DNA from: an uncultured Candidatus Rokubacteria bacterium
GTDB lineage: Bacteria; Methylomirabilota; Methylomirabilia; Rokubacteriales; CSP1-6
DNA length: 64,000 nucleotides
Direction: 5' to 3'
Assembly (NCBI GenBank): GCA_963754315.1
Contig: CAVWFS010000020.1
Location: 32,001-96,000, forward strand
Made by a program: the position numbers and the translations under genes. Below are positions 32,048-41,528 of the stretch, piece by piece (the first letter of the stretch is position 1; every line of letters begins with the position of its first letter). The notes beneath the pieces are model-generated. The model saw only the letters and a list, made by a program, of their open reading frames with translations. It searched no databases and had not been told where the DNA came from.

Positions 32048-33517
32048 ATGAGCGCGCACCACCATACGCCCGAAGACATCCGCAAGAATCTCGACCACCC
32101 CGTCATCGACGGCGACGGGCATTGGGTCGAGTACACCCCGGTCTTTGCCGAGAAAATCCGCAAGGTCACGGGCGATGTCGGCGCCAACGGGTTCTTGCAG
32201 TCGCAGCGCCGCATACCGGATTCGCTCAGCCTGACCCTCGCGCAGCGCACCGAACGTGGCGTCGCGATGGAGGGGTTTTGGGGCCGGCAATCGACCAACA
32301 CGCGCGACCGCGCGACGGCGATGATGCCCAAGATGCTATACGACCGGCTCGAGGAGCTCGGCATCGATTTCGGCATCGTCTACCCGACCGCCGGGCTCGG
32401 CATCCCGCGCATCGCCGACGACGCGACCCGGCGCGCGGTGATCCGCGGCTTCAATATCGTCACCCATGACTACTTCAAGGACCTCACCGACAAGCTGACC
32501 CCGGTCGCGGTGATCCCGGTGCACACGCCGGATGAGGCGCTCGAGGAATTGGAGTTCGTCACCACTCAGCTGGGCTCAAAGGTCTGCATGTTCGGCAGCG
32601 GCGTGCGCCGGCCGATCCCGCACGCCAAGGGGGCCCCCGCCGACCTCGCCCGCTATGCCCAGAGCTTCGATCAACTCGGCCTCGACAGCGACTACGATTA
32701 CGATCCGCTGTGGGAGAAATGCCGCGAGCTCGGCATTGCGCCGACCTTCCATACTGGCGGCCGCTCGTATGGCGAGCGCAACAGTCCGTCCAACTTCACC
32801 TTCAACCATATCGGTCATTTCGCCGCGGCCGGCCACAACGTCGCCAAGGCTTTGTTCCTCGGCGGTGTGACCCGGCGCTTCCCCGATCTGCGTTTCGCGT
32901 TCCTCGAAGGCGGCGTCGGCTGGGGCTGCCAGCTGTTCTGTGATCTGGTCGAGCATTGGGAGCGGCGCGGTGCCAAGGGTCTGCAGAACATGGACCCGAC
33001 CAAGCTCAATCGTCCGCTGCTGCGCGAGCTGGTTGACAAATACGGCTACGCCGAGATTGCCGCCGAGCTCGACAAGCGCGACGGCTGGCCGCTCGAAGAG
33101 GATTTCCTCACCGGTGGTATGCCACCCGACGACTACATCCACTGCAACATCACCCAGAAGCAGGACTGGATCGACCTCTACGCGACACCGTTCTATTTCG
33201 GCTGCGAGGCCGACGACCGGATGAACGCGGTGGCGTTCGGCAAGGCGATGCCGCTGGGGGCGCGGATCAACGCGATCTACAGCTCCGATATCAGCCATTT
33301 CGACGTCGTCGACATGCGCGACCCGCTGCCCGAAGCCTTCGAGCTGGTCGAGGGCGGCCATATCACCGAAGATGATTTCCGCGACTTCGTCTTCGCGAAT
33401 GCGGTGCGGCTGTGGGGTACGCAGAACCCGCGCTTCTTTGAGGGCACGGCGGTGGCCCGGGAAGCCGCGGCGTTGTTGAAGAGCGGCGCCTCGACCCTGC
33501 GCGACCCGGCGAAATAA
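32048..33517 (+). CDS. Amidohydrolase family protein
   Basis: [41 protein letters not shown]. Confidence 0.88.
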   Translation: MSAHHHTPEDIRKNLDHPVIDGDGHWVEYTPVFAEKIRKVTGDVGANGFLQSQRRIPDSLSLTLAQRTERGVAMEGFWGRQSTNTRDRATAMMPKMLYDRLEELGIDFGIVYPTAGLGIPRIADDATRRAVIRGFNIVTHDYFKDLTDKLTPVAVIPVHTPDEALEELEFVTTQLGSKVCMFGSGVRRPIPHAKGAPADLARYAQSFDQLGLDSDYDYDPLWEKCRELGIAPTFHTGGRSYGERNSPSNFTFNHIGHFAAAGHNVAKALFLGGVTRRFPDLRFAFLEGGVGWGCQLFCDLVEHWERRGAKGLQNMDPTKLNRPLLRELVDKYGYAEIAAELDKRDGWPLEEDFLTGGMPPDDYIHCNITQKQDWIDLYATPFYFGCEADDRMNAVAFGKAMPLGARINAIYSSDISHFDVVDMRDPLPEAFELVEGGHITEDDFRDFVFANAVRLWGTQNPRFFEGTAVAREAAALLKSGASTLRDPAK

Positions 33518-33551
33518 CCGGAACGCGGGCGTTTCGCGCGCTCTTCAACGC

Positions 33552-33578
33552 TCATGGCCGGGTCACGCCCGGCCATGA
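33552..33578 (+). terminator. GC-rich hairpin (terminator or REP-like)
   Basis: tcatggccggg-tcacg-cccggccatga, 11-bp stem followed by cgctttt. Confidence 0.55.
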
Positions 33579-33600
33579 CGCTTTTGCTCGGGGAGCTGAC

Positions 33601-36600
33601 ATGAGGTGTCCCGCCTGCCAGCACGACAATCCTCCAGAGTCGACGATCTGCCTCGGTTGCGGCGAGCGCCTCACCCAGGGCTGTCCGGGATGCGGGGCCC
33701 TTCCGCCGGCCGACTCGCGGTTCTGCCACCGGTGCGGGACGCCCCTGCACCCGCTCCAGGGGCCTCGGCACCACGGCGGCGAGAGGATCTTCACCGCCGA
33801 GAGCTCGCGGGAAGGCGAGCGCAAGCACATCACGGTGCTCTTCGCGGACCTCAAGGGGTCGCTGGACCTGCTCGCCGACGTTGATCCCGAGGACGCGCGG
33901 AGGATCCTGGACCCGGTCCTCGAGCGGATGATGGACGCCGTGCATCGCTACGAGGGCACCGTGAACCAGGTGATGGGGGATGGCATCATGGCGCTCTTCG
34001 GGGCGCCGGTCGCTCACGAGGACCATGCGATCCGGGCATGTCATGCGGCGCTGCGAATGCAGGAGGCCTTGACACGGCACAGCGACGAAGTGCGGCGTGC
34101 TCACGATGTGCCCCTCCTGATCCGGGTCGGCCTGCACTCGGGCGAGGTTGTGGTCAGGTCGATCGAAAGCGACCTTCATATGGACTACACCGCCGTCGGG
34201 CAGACGACGCACATCGCCGCGCGGATGGAGCAACTGGCGCGGCCGGGTTCGGTGCTGATGACGGGCGAGACGCTCAAGCTCGCGGAAGGCTACGTGCAGG
34301 TGAAGCCGGTCGGGCAGGTGCCCGTCAAGGGGCTCCAGACGCCCATCAGCGTGTACGAGCTGACCGGCATCGACATGCCGCGATCCCGGCTGGAGGCGGT
34401 CGCCGCACGAGGTCTCACCCGCTTCGTCGGCCGCAGTGCGGAGCTCGAGCTGCTTCGGAACGCTCGGGACCGGGTCGCCGCGGGCCACGGCCAGGGCGTC
34501 GGGGTGGTGGGCGAGGCCGGCGTCGGAAAAACGCGACTCTGCTACGAGTTCATGCGCCAGTCCTCGACGGAAGGCTGGCTCGTTCTCGCGGCGAGCGCGA
34601 CATCGTACGGCAAGAGCACTCCATACCTGCCCGTCACCGATCTCCTGCGCACGTACTTCAACATCGACGACCGGGACGAGGTGGGCCGCATCCGCGAGAA
34701 GGTGACGGCCAAAGTCGTCGCGCTCGACGCGGAGCTCGAACCCCTGTTGCCCGCGTTCCTGACACTCCTCGACGTGCCGGTGGCCGGCCCCGATCCTGCC
34801 TGGACGCGGCTCGACCCTTCCCACCGTCGCGGGTGGATCCTCGGGGCCCTGAGACGCCTCTTCTTCAGCGAGGCGCGGGAACGACCGGTCTGTCTGGTCA
34901 TGGAGAACCTGCACTGGATGGATCTGGAGACGCTCGCCCTTCTCGAAAGCCTCGTGGAGGCGGTACCTGGCCATCGCCTTCTCCTGCTCGTCAACTACCG
35001 CCCGGAGTATCGCCACCCGTGGGGGTCGGTGGCCCATTTCATGGACCTGAGGATCGATCCGCTGCCGCCCGTGCTCGCCGCCGAGTTACTCCAGGCGCTC
35101 GTCGGGGCCGACCCGACTCTCCGACCACTCACGCAACTCCTCGTCGACCGGACGGACGGCAACCCGTTCTTCCTCGAGGAGATGGTGCGCAGCCTCGTCG
35201 AGACGGAAGCGCTCGTGGGCGCGCCGGGCGCGTACCGCCTCGTTCGGTCCGTGAGCACCGGTCAGGTGCCGGAGACCGTCAAGGCGGTCCTCGCGTCGCG
35301 CATCGACCGGCTGCCGCTCGAAGAGGAGCGGCTCTTGCAATGCGCTGCCGTGATCGGACGACGTGTCGACGCCGGCCTTCTGGGAGCGATCGCCGACCTC
35401 CCCGGTGACCAGCTTCGTGACGGGCTCGCGCACCTGCAGGCGGCCTCCTTCCTGTACGAGTCGTGCCGCTTCCCCGAGCAGGAATACGCCTTCAAGCATT
35501 CGCTCACCCACGACGTCGCGTATGGCAGCCTCCTGCACGCCCGGCAGCGCGCCCTGCACGCCCGGATCGTCGCCGCCATCGAGGCGCTCTACCCGGATCG
35601 GCTGGCCGAGCAGACGACGCGGCTGGCCCACCATGCCTTCCGCGGCGAGCTGTGGGACAAGTCCGTCCAGTACCTCCTGCGCGCCGGGCGGCGAGCCCTC
35701 TTCACGTCGGCCACCCGCGAGGCCGTCGAGAGCTTCGACCGGGCCCTGCTCGCGCTCCGTCGCGTGCCGCAGACTCCAGACACGCTCCGCATCGCCCTCG
35801 CCCTTCGCCTGAACCTCCGCGACGCTCTGTGGTCTCTCGGCGAGGTCGACAAGATCCGCGACGAGCTCGTCGAGGCGGAGGCGATCGCGCACCAGCTCGA
35901 TGACGTGCACGCCCTGGCGACGGTGGCCTGCTATCGGTGCCATTATCTGTGGGTCGTCGGAGAGCTGGACGCGGCCCTCGACGCGAGTGAACGGGCGCTG
36001 GCAATGGCCATCACGGTAGGCAACGCGGTGCTTCTGGCGGAGACGAAGCTGTACCGGGGCGTGGTGTTCCTCGCGCAGGGCGACAGCCAGCGCGCCGCCG
36101 ACCTCTTGTCGGACACGCTCCCGGAGCTGGATCGCCCCCCGGAAGGAAGACGGAGCACGGCCAACCGCGCCATCGCCATCCGCCTGCTCGTGCTCTCCTT
36201 CCTCGCCCGTTCGCTGGCCGAGCTCGGGCGCTTCGAGGAGGGCATTGCGTATGGCGAGCAGGCGCTACGCATCGCCGAGCCGAGCACGGCCTTTGGCCTG
36301 GCCACCGCCCTGGCGGGGCTGGGCGCGCTCCATGTGCGGAAGGCCGACGCGCCCGCGGCGATCCCCCTCCTCGAACGCGGCCTCGAGGTGTGCCGGACTT
36401 ACAACGTCAACAACTGGTTTCCCACCATCGCGGCATTGCTCGGGGCCGCCTATGCGCTCACCGGGCGCATCGAGGAGAGCGTGGCGCTGCTGGAGCAGGC
36501 TGTCGACCACGCTCGTGGCATGGGGATCGTGGCCACGCAGTCGCTATGGCGCACGTATCTCGCCGACGCCCACGCCAGGGCCGGGCGCTTCGTGGAGGCG

Positions 36601-36921
36601 CTCGCCGAAGCTCGTCGAGCACTGAGTGAGACTCGGACGCGGCTGGAGCACGGCAACGAGGCGTGGGCGCTGCACGCGTTGGCCGGGATCCTGGCCGGCA
36701 TCGAGTCGCCAGATTTGCGCCAGGCGCAGAATCACTTCCTCGAGGCCCTCCAGCTCGCCGAGCAGCGTGGGATGCGACCGCTCGTCGTCCGGTGCTGCCT
36801 CGGCCTCGCCCGGCTCCACGAGCGTACCGGCGACGCGACCGCGGCATTGGGCTACCGCGAGCGCGCCGGTCGTCTGGCCGACGAGCTCGGGATGTCCCTC
36901 GCCTCGCTCGAGCCCGCGTGA
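33601..36921 (+). CDS. Double zinc ribbon - class III nucleotidyl cyclase - STAND AAA ATPase - TPR protein
   Basis: Four CxxC; LFADLKGS, MGDGIMALFGAP, RVGLHSG; Walker A GEAGVGKT, MENLHW, GNPFFLEE, YAFKHSL; helical repeats. Confidence 0.93.
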   Translation: MRCPACQHDNPPESTICLGCGERLTQGCPGCGALPPADSRFCHRCGTPLHPLQGPRHHGGERIFTAESSREGERKHITVLFADLKGSLDLLADVDPEDARRILDPVLERMMDAVHRYEGTVNQVMGDGIMALFGAPVAHEDHAIRACHAALRMQEALTRHSDEVRRAHDVPLLIRVGLHSGEVVVRSIESDLHMDYTAVGQTTHIAARMEQLARPGSVLMTGETLKLAEGYVQVKPVGQVPVKGLQTPISVYELTGIDMPRSRLEAVAARGLTRFVGRSAELELLRNARDRVAAGHGQGVGVVGEAGVGKTRLCYEFMRQSSTEGWLVLAASATSYGKSTPYLPVTDLLRTYFNIDDRDEVGRIREKVTAKVVALDAELEPLLPAFLTLLDVPVAGPDPAWTRLDPSHRRGWILGALRRLFFSEARERPVCLVMENLHWMDLETLALLESLVEAVPGHRLLLLVNYRPEYRHPWGSVAHFMDLRIDPLPPVLAAELLQALVGADPTLRPLTQLLVDRTDGNPFFLEEMVRSLVETEALVGAPGAYRLVRSVSTGQVPETVKAVLASRIDRLPLEEERLLQCAAVIGRRVDAGLLGAIADLPGDQLRDGLAHLQAASFLYESCRFPEQEYAFKHSLTHDVAYGSLLHARQRALHARIVAAIEALYPDRLAEQTTRLAHHAFRGELWDKSVQYLLRAGRRALFTSATREAVESFDRALLALRRVPQTPDTLRIALALRLNLRDALWSLGEVDKIRDELVEAEAIAHQLDDVHALATVACYRCHYLWVVGELDAALDASERALAMAITVGNAVLLAETKLYRGVVFLAQGDSQRAADLLSDTLPELDRPPEGRRSTANRAIAIRLLVLSFLARSLAELGRFEEGIAYGEQALRIAEPSTAFGLATALAGLGALHVRKADAPAAIPLLERGLEVCRTYNVNNWFPTIAALLGAAYALTGRIEESVALLEQAVDHARGMGIVATQSLWRTYLADAHARAGRFVEALAEARRALSETRTRLEHGNEAWALHALAGILAGIESPDLRQAQNHFLEALQLAEQRGMRPLVVRCCLGLARLHERTGDATAALGYRERAGRLADELGMSLASLEPA

Positions 36922-37464
36922 CACGACCGCGTCGCTCGCTCCTGTCCGTCGCCACATCTGAAGCGCTGCGTCGTCAAGGGTGGCCTCCATCGCCGTCGTC
37001 GGGGGATTTGGAGGCGCCTCGTGTGTTCAGCCTCGGAGACGTGTCAGCATCGGCATTGAATCCGATAGTTGCACGACACTGACGGTCCTTTTCGCCTAAA
37101 AGACCGAGACAATAGCGGCCGGCCTCGTGCACATCGAACGGCATCCTGCGCACGTCGTACGACCTGCAGTCGGGGCCCGGTTATGGCTAAGGACATGTGA
37201 CCTTTGCCCGCGTCTCCGTATGAAAGTCTTGGCGAGAAGCGTGATATCGTCAGAGCGCCTTCCATCAGGCTGTATGGTTGACGCGATGCGGCGTCCAGCC
37301 TCCTGGCATCTGGCCTGCCTCCCCCAAGAGCGACACCAGGGAGACCTCAGGATGCCAGACGCAGCCATCATCTGCGCAAAAGCCCGCGCGGCGATCCAAG
37401 TGGGAAAGTGTGCAGCCCGCCAACCCGATCGCGCTGAGGCACTACCCAAAAAGGAGCTCGGGCG

Positions 37465-38463
37465 ATGATCGGCCGGCGCGCGTTCGTGCACGGGTCGGCG
37501 GCCGTCGGCATGACACGGCTGCTCGGCGTGAGCTCGACCGAAGCCGAGCCGCCGCTCGAGACGACGACGCTCCGGATCGGCGATAGCTCGAGCCTCTGCG
37601 CGGCCCCGCAGTTCGTGGCAGAGGACCTGCTACGAGGTGAGGGGTTCACGAATGTGAAGTACGTCAAGTCGGCCGATATGGGAGCCGCGATGTGGCATGA
37701 CCTGGCTACCGGCCAGATCCACTTCACCACGGCGTTCAGTGGGCCGCTTCTCCTGCGCATCGACGCGCAGGATCCCATCGTCCTCCTGGCGGGAATCCAC
37801 GTAGGCTGCTTCGAGTTGTTCGGGACCCAGCGCATCCGCGCGGTCCGGGACCTCAAGGGCAAGACCGTCGCGATCTCGGCGTTGCAGAGCGCCGGCCACA
37901 TCTTCGTCTCGGCGATGGCGGCCCACGTCGGTCTCGACCCCCGGCGGGACATCGCGTGGGCCGTCCATTCCCCGGAGGACGGCAAACGCCTCCTGGCGGA
38001 GGGGAAGGTGGATGCCTACATCGCCTTTCCCCCCGACCCCCAGGAGCTTCGCTCGGCCGGGATCGGCCATGTTGTTGTCAATAGCGCGATGGACAAGCCC
38101 TGGTCGCAGTACTTCTGCTGCACGATGGTTGGCAACCGTGAGTTCGTCCGGAAGCACCCAGTCGCGACGAAGCGCGTCCTGCGGGCCTTCCTCAAGGCGA
38201 CGGACCTCTGTGCGAGTGAGCCCGAGCGGGTGGCGCGACTCCTCGTCGACAAGGGGTACGCGAAGCGGCACGACTACGCGCTCCAGGCCCTGCGCGACGT
38301 GCCGTGGAACCGGTGGCGTGACTACGACCCCGAGGACACCGTTCGCTTCTACGCCCTGCGGCTCCACGAGGCCGAGATGATCAAGTCGAGTCCGCAGAAG
38401 ATCATCGCGCAGGGCACGGACTGGCGCTTCCTCAACGAGCTGAAGAAAGAGTTGAAGGGATGA
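37465..38463 (+). CDS. NMT1/TauA-like substrate-binding protein, array copy 1
   Basis: Tat-like GRRAF; DLKGKTVA, GLDP, WSQYFCC, QGTDWRFLNELKKELKG. Confidence 0.9.
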   Translation: MIGRRAFVHGSAAVGMTRLLGVSSTEAEPPLETTTLRIGDSSSLCAAPQFVAEDLLRGEGFTNVKYVKSADMGAAMWHDLATGQIHFTTAFSGPLLLRIDAQDPIVLLAGIHVGCFELFGTQRIRAVRDLKGKTVAISALQSAGHIFVSAMAAHVGLDPRRDIAWAVHSPEDGKRLLAEGKVDAYIAFPPDPQELRSAGIGHVVVNSAMDKPWSQYFCCTMVGNREFVRKHPVATKRVLRAFLKATDLCASEPERVARLLVDKGYAKRHDYALQALRDVPWNRWRDYDPEDTVRFYALRLHEAEMIKSSPQKIIAQGTDWRFLNELKKELKG

Positions 38464-39552
38464 TCACCAGGCGCGACCTCCTGCGCGGTGTCACGGGAAC
38501 GGTAGGGCTGCTGGGATGGCCACCCGGACACGCCGCTGGGGAGCCGCCGCCGGAGACGACAAGGATCCGCGTGGTACGGAGCCCCGCGATTTGTATCTCC
38601 CCAGCTCTACGTAGCGGAAGAGCTGTTCCGGCTCGAGGGGTTCACCGACGTCGAGTACGTTGAGTTCAAGACGGGCAACCTCTTCACGCAGGCAGTCGGG
38701 CCGGCCAGGTGGACCTGGCTCTGAACTTCATCGGGCCCCTCGTGGTCAGTGTGGACGAGCGCGCGCCCGTCGTGATCCTGGCCGGGGTCCACGCCGGCTG
38801 CTTCGAGCTGTTTGGATCTGAGCGCGTCCGCGCGATCCGGGACCTGAAGGGGAAGACGGTCGCCATTCCAGGGAAGGGGGAGCCACAACACGTCTTCCTG
38901 GCCAGCATGCTCTCCTACGTGGGCATCGATCCTCGCGCGGACATCACCTGGGTCACTCACCCCTTCGCGGAGTCGGCGCGTCTCCTTGCGGAGGGCAAGA
39001 TCGATGGGTATCTTGGCATCGCCCCCGAACCCCAGGAGCTGCGAGCACGGAAGATCGGCCGGGTAGTCGTCGACAGTGCATCGGACCGGCCTTGGTCTCA
39101 GTACTTTTGCTGCATGGCATACGCGAACCGCGACTTCGTCCGCCGGTACCCCGCGGCGACGAGGCGGGCCCTGCGCGCCGTCCTCAAGGCCGCCGACCTC
39201 TGCGCGGCAGACCCCGCGGTAGCGGCGCAGAAGGTCGTGACCAAGGGCTACACGCGTGAGTACGACTATGCGTTCGAGCTGATCAAGAAGCTTCCGTACA
39301 ACCTGTGGCGGGCCCAGAACCCTGAGGATTCGCTGCGCTTCTACGCCCTCCGACTCCACGAGGCCGGGATGGTCAAGAGCAGCCCGCAGAAGATCATCGC
39401 GCAGGGCACGGACTGGCGCTTCCTCAACGAGCTGAAGAAGGAGTTGAAGGGATGATCACCAGGCGCGACCTCCTGCGCGGTGTCACGGGAACGGTAGGGT
39501 TGCTCGGATGGTCACCCGGACACGTCTCTGGGGAGCCGCCACCGGAGACGAC
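38392..39552 (+). repeat. 169-bp direct repeat at gene junctions (38392-38560 and 39384-39552)
   Basis: 7 mismatches in 169 nt by manual alignment; spans the C-terminus of one SBP and the signal peptide of the next. Confidence 0.9.
38460..39455 (+). CDS. NMT1/TauA-like substrate-binding protein, array copy 2 (compensating frameshifts near 38603 and 38700)
   Basis: TRRDLL signal; same motifs; intervening frame reads YVAEELFRLEGFTDVEY. Confidence 0.85.
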
Positions 39553-40444
39553 GAGACTGAGGCTCTATCAGTCGCCGAGCCTCTGCCCGGCGCCCCAGTA
39601 CATCGTCAGGGAACTCCTGAAGGCCGAGGGCTTCAGCGACATTCAGTACGTCAAGACGCCCGTCGCGGGTATCTCGAAGATTCTGGCATCAGGGGAGGTC
39701 GATGTCTCCCTGCACTTCGTCGCGCCGCTAGTCATCCGGCTGGATGCCGGCGACCCGATCACGATCTTGGGCGGTGTCCACCCTGGCTGTTTCGAGCTGT
39801 TCGCGACGGACCGGGTTCGCGTGATCCGGGATCTCAAGGGGAAGACGATCGCGATCACCGAGCTGGGTCAACCCGCGCACGTCTTCCTCACCAGCATGCT
39901 AGCCCACGTCGGGCTGGATCCTAGCAAGGACGTCACCCTCGTCGAGCATCCCGCCGCGGAGTGCAAGCGCCTGCTCGCGGAGGGGAAGGTTGACGCCTAC
40001 CTCGCCTTTCCGCCGGACACGCAGGAGCTCCGCGCTAGGAAGGTCGGACACGTCGTCGTCAACAGCGCGGTCGACCGGCCGTGGTCGCAGTACTTTTGCT
40101 GCATGGCGACGGGTCATCGGGAGTTCGTTCGCAAACATCCGATCGCGACCAAGCGGGCGCTGCGGGCGATCTTGAAGGCTACCGACGTCTGCGCCCTCGA
40201 GCCTGAGCGGGCCGCGCGGGCTCTCGTCGACGGCGGCTTCACGCCACGCTACGACTATGCGCTCCAAACCATGAAGGAAGTCCCGTACAACAAGTGGCGC
40301 GTCTACGATCCGGAAGACTCGGTCCGCTTCTATACCCTCCGCCTCCGCGAGGCCGGCATGATCAAATCGGCGCCGCAGCGCCTCATCGCGCAGGGTACCG
40401 ACTGGCGCTTCCTGAACGAGTTGAAGAAAGAGCTCAAGGGATGA
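39452..40444 (+). CDS. NMT1/TauA-like substrate-binding protein, array copy 3
   Basis: TRRDLL signal, HPGCFELF, WSQYFCC, identical C-terminus; ATGA overlap. Confidence 0.9.
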   Translation: MITRRDLLRGVTGTVGLLGWSPGHVSGEPPPETTRLRLYQSPSLCPAPQYIVRELLKAEGFSDIQYVKTPVAGISKILASGEVDVSLHFVAPLVIRLDAGDPITILGGVHPGCFELFATDRVRVIRDLKGKTIAITELGQPAHVFLTSMLAHVGLDPSKDVTLVEHPAAECKRLLAEGKVDAYLAFPPDTQELRARKVGHVVVNSAVDRPWSQYFCCMATGHREFVRKHPIATKRALRAILKATDVCALEPERAARALVDGGFTPRYDYALQTMKEVPYNKWRVYDPEDSVRFYTLRLREAGMIKSAPQRLIAQGTDWRFLNELKKELKG

Positions 40445-40539
40445 GACGACGCGAGCTGCCGCGGAGTGCGGGGGCGGCCGCCGCGGCGGCGGCGCTGACC
40501 GGGAGGTCCAGGGAGCTGAAGAAGGAGTTGAAGCGATGA
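40441..40539 (+). pseudogene. Collapsed SBP copy (signal peptide joined to C-terminal tail)
   Basis: 32 aa MRRRELPRSAGAAAAAAALTGRSRELKKELKR; ATGA overlaps at both ends. Confidence 0.8.
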
Positions 40540-41528
40540 TCACCCGGCGCAAGTTCCTGACCGGCCTCACCGCAGCGGGAGGGTTCCCGGTGTCGACGCC
40601 GCGCTCGGCGGCCTCCCAGCCGTCCCCCGAGACGGGCACGATACGGGTGAGCAGCTCCATCGCCATCTGCACGGCCCCTCAGCTCGTGTCCGAAGATCTC
40701 CTGCGGGCCGAGGGCTTCACGGTCGTCCAGCACGGAGCACAGGCGACGATTGGCACGCTGGATGAGGTGGGGGCCGGCAAGGTCGACATCGGGATCAGTT
40801 TCATCGGGCCCACGATCGTCCAGATCGATGGCGGCCAGTCGATCACCGTCCTGGCCGGGGTCCATCCGGGGTGCTTCGAGCTGTTCGGCACCGATCGCGT
40901 GCGCTCGCTCAAGGACCTGAAGGGCAAGAGGATCGCCGTGGTCAGCCTCGGATCGAGCCCGCACATCTTCCTTTCCACCATGCTCGCCCACGTGGGGCTC
41001 GATCCCCGCAACGACGTCGAGTGGATCACCAAGCCGCGGCCGGAGTCGATCGAGCTCCTCCGGGAGGGCAAGGTTGACGCCTACATGGGGTTCCCGCCCG
41101 AGCCCCAGGAGCTGCGCGCCAGGAAGATCGGTCACTCGGTGGTGAACAGCGCGGCTGACCGGCCGTGGTCGCAGTATTTCTGCTGCATGGTCGCGGCCAA
41201 CCGCGACTTCGTGCGGAAGAACCCGGTCGCCACCAAGCGCGCCTTGCGCGCCTTCCTGAAGGCCACGGACATCTGTGCTCTCGAGCCCGAGCGCATCGCC
41301 AGGAGCCTCGTGGAGAAGAAGTTCACCCCGCGGGAGGACTACGCGCTGGCCACCCTCCGCGAGCTCCCCTATGCTCGCTGGCGCGAGTACAACCCCGAGG
41401 ACAGCGTCCGGTTCTACTCGCTCCGCCTGCGCGAGGCGGGCATGATCAAGTCGAGCCCGCAGAAGATCATCAGCCAGGGCACGGACTGGCGGTTCCTGAA
41501 CGAGCTGAAGAAGGAGCTGAAGGGATGA
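40536..41528 (+). CDS. NMT1/TauA-like substrate-binding protein, array copy 4
   Basis: TRRKFL signal, HPGCFELF, WSQYFCC, identical C-terminus. Confidence 0.9.
   Translation: MITRRKFLTGLTAAGGFPVSTPRSAASQPSPETGTIRVSSSIAICTAPQLVSEDLLRAEGFTVVQHGAQATIGTLDEVGAGKVDIGISFIGPTIVQIDGGQSITVLAGVHPGCFELFGTDRVRSLKDLKGKRIAVVSLGSSPHIFLSTMLAHVGLDPRNDVEWITKPRPESIELLREGKVDAYMGFPPEPQELRARKIGHSVVNSAADRPWSQYFCCMVAANRDFVRKNPVATKRALRAFLKATDICALEPERIARSLVEKKFTPREDYALATLRELPYARWREYNPEDSVRFYSLRLREAGMIKSSPQKIISQGTDWRFLNELKKELKG

Noticed and set aside
36922..37440. Riboswitch in the leader of the SBP array
   Set aside because: Small hairpins exist but I recognise no aptamer consensus; an Rfam/Infernal scan would be needed.
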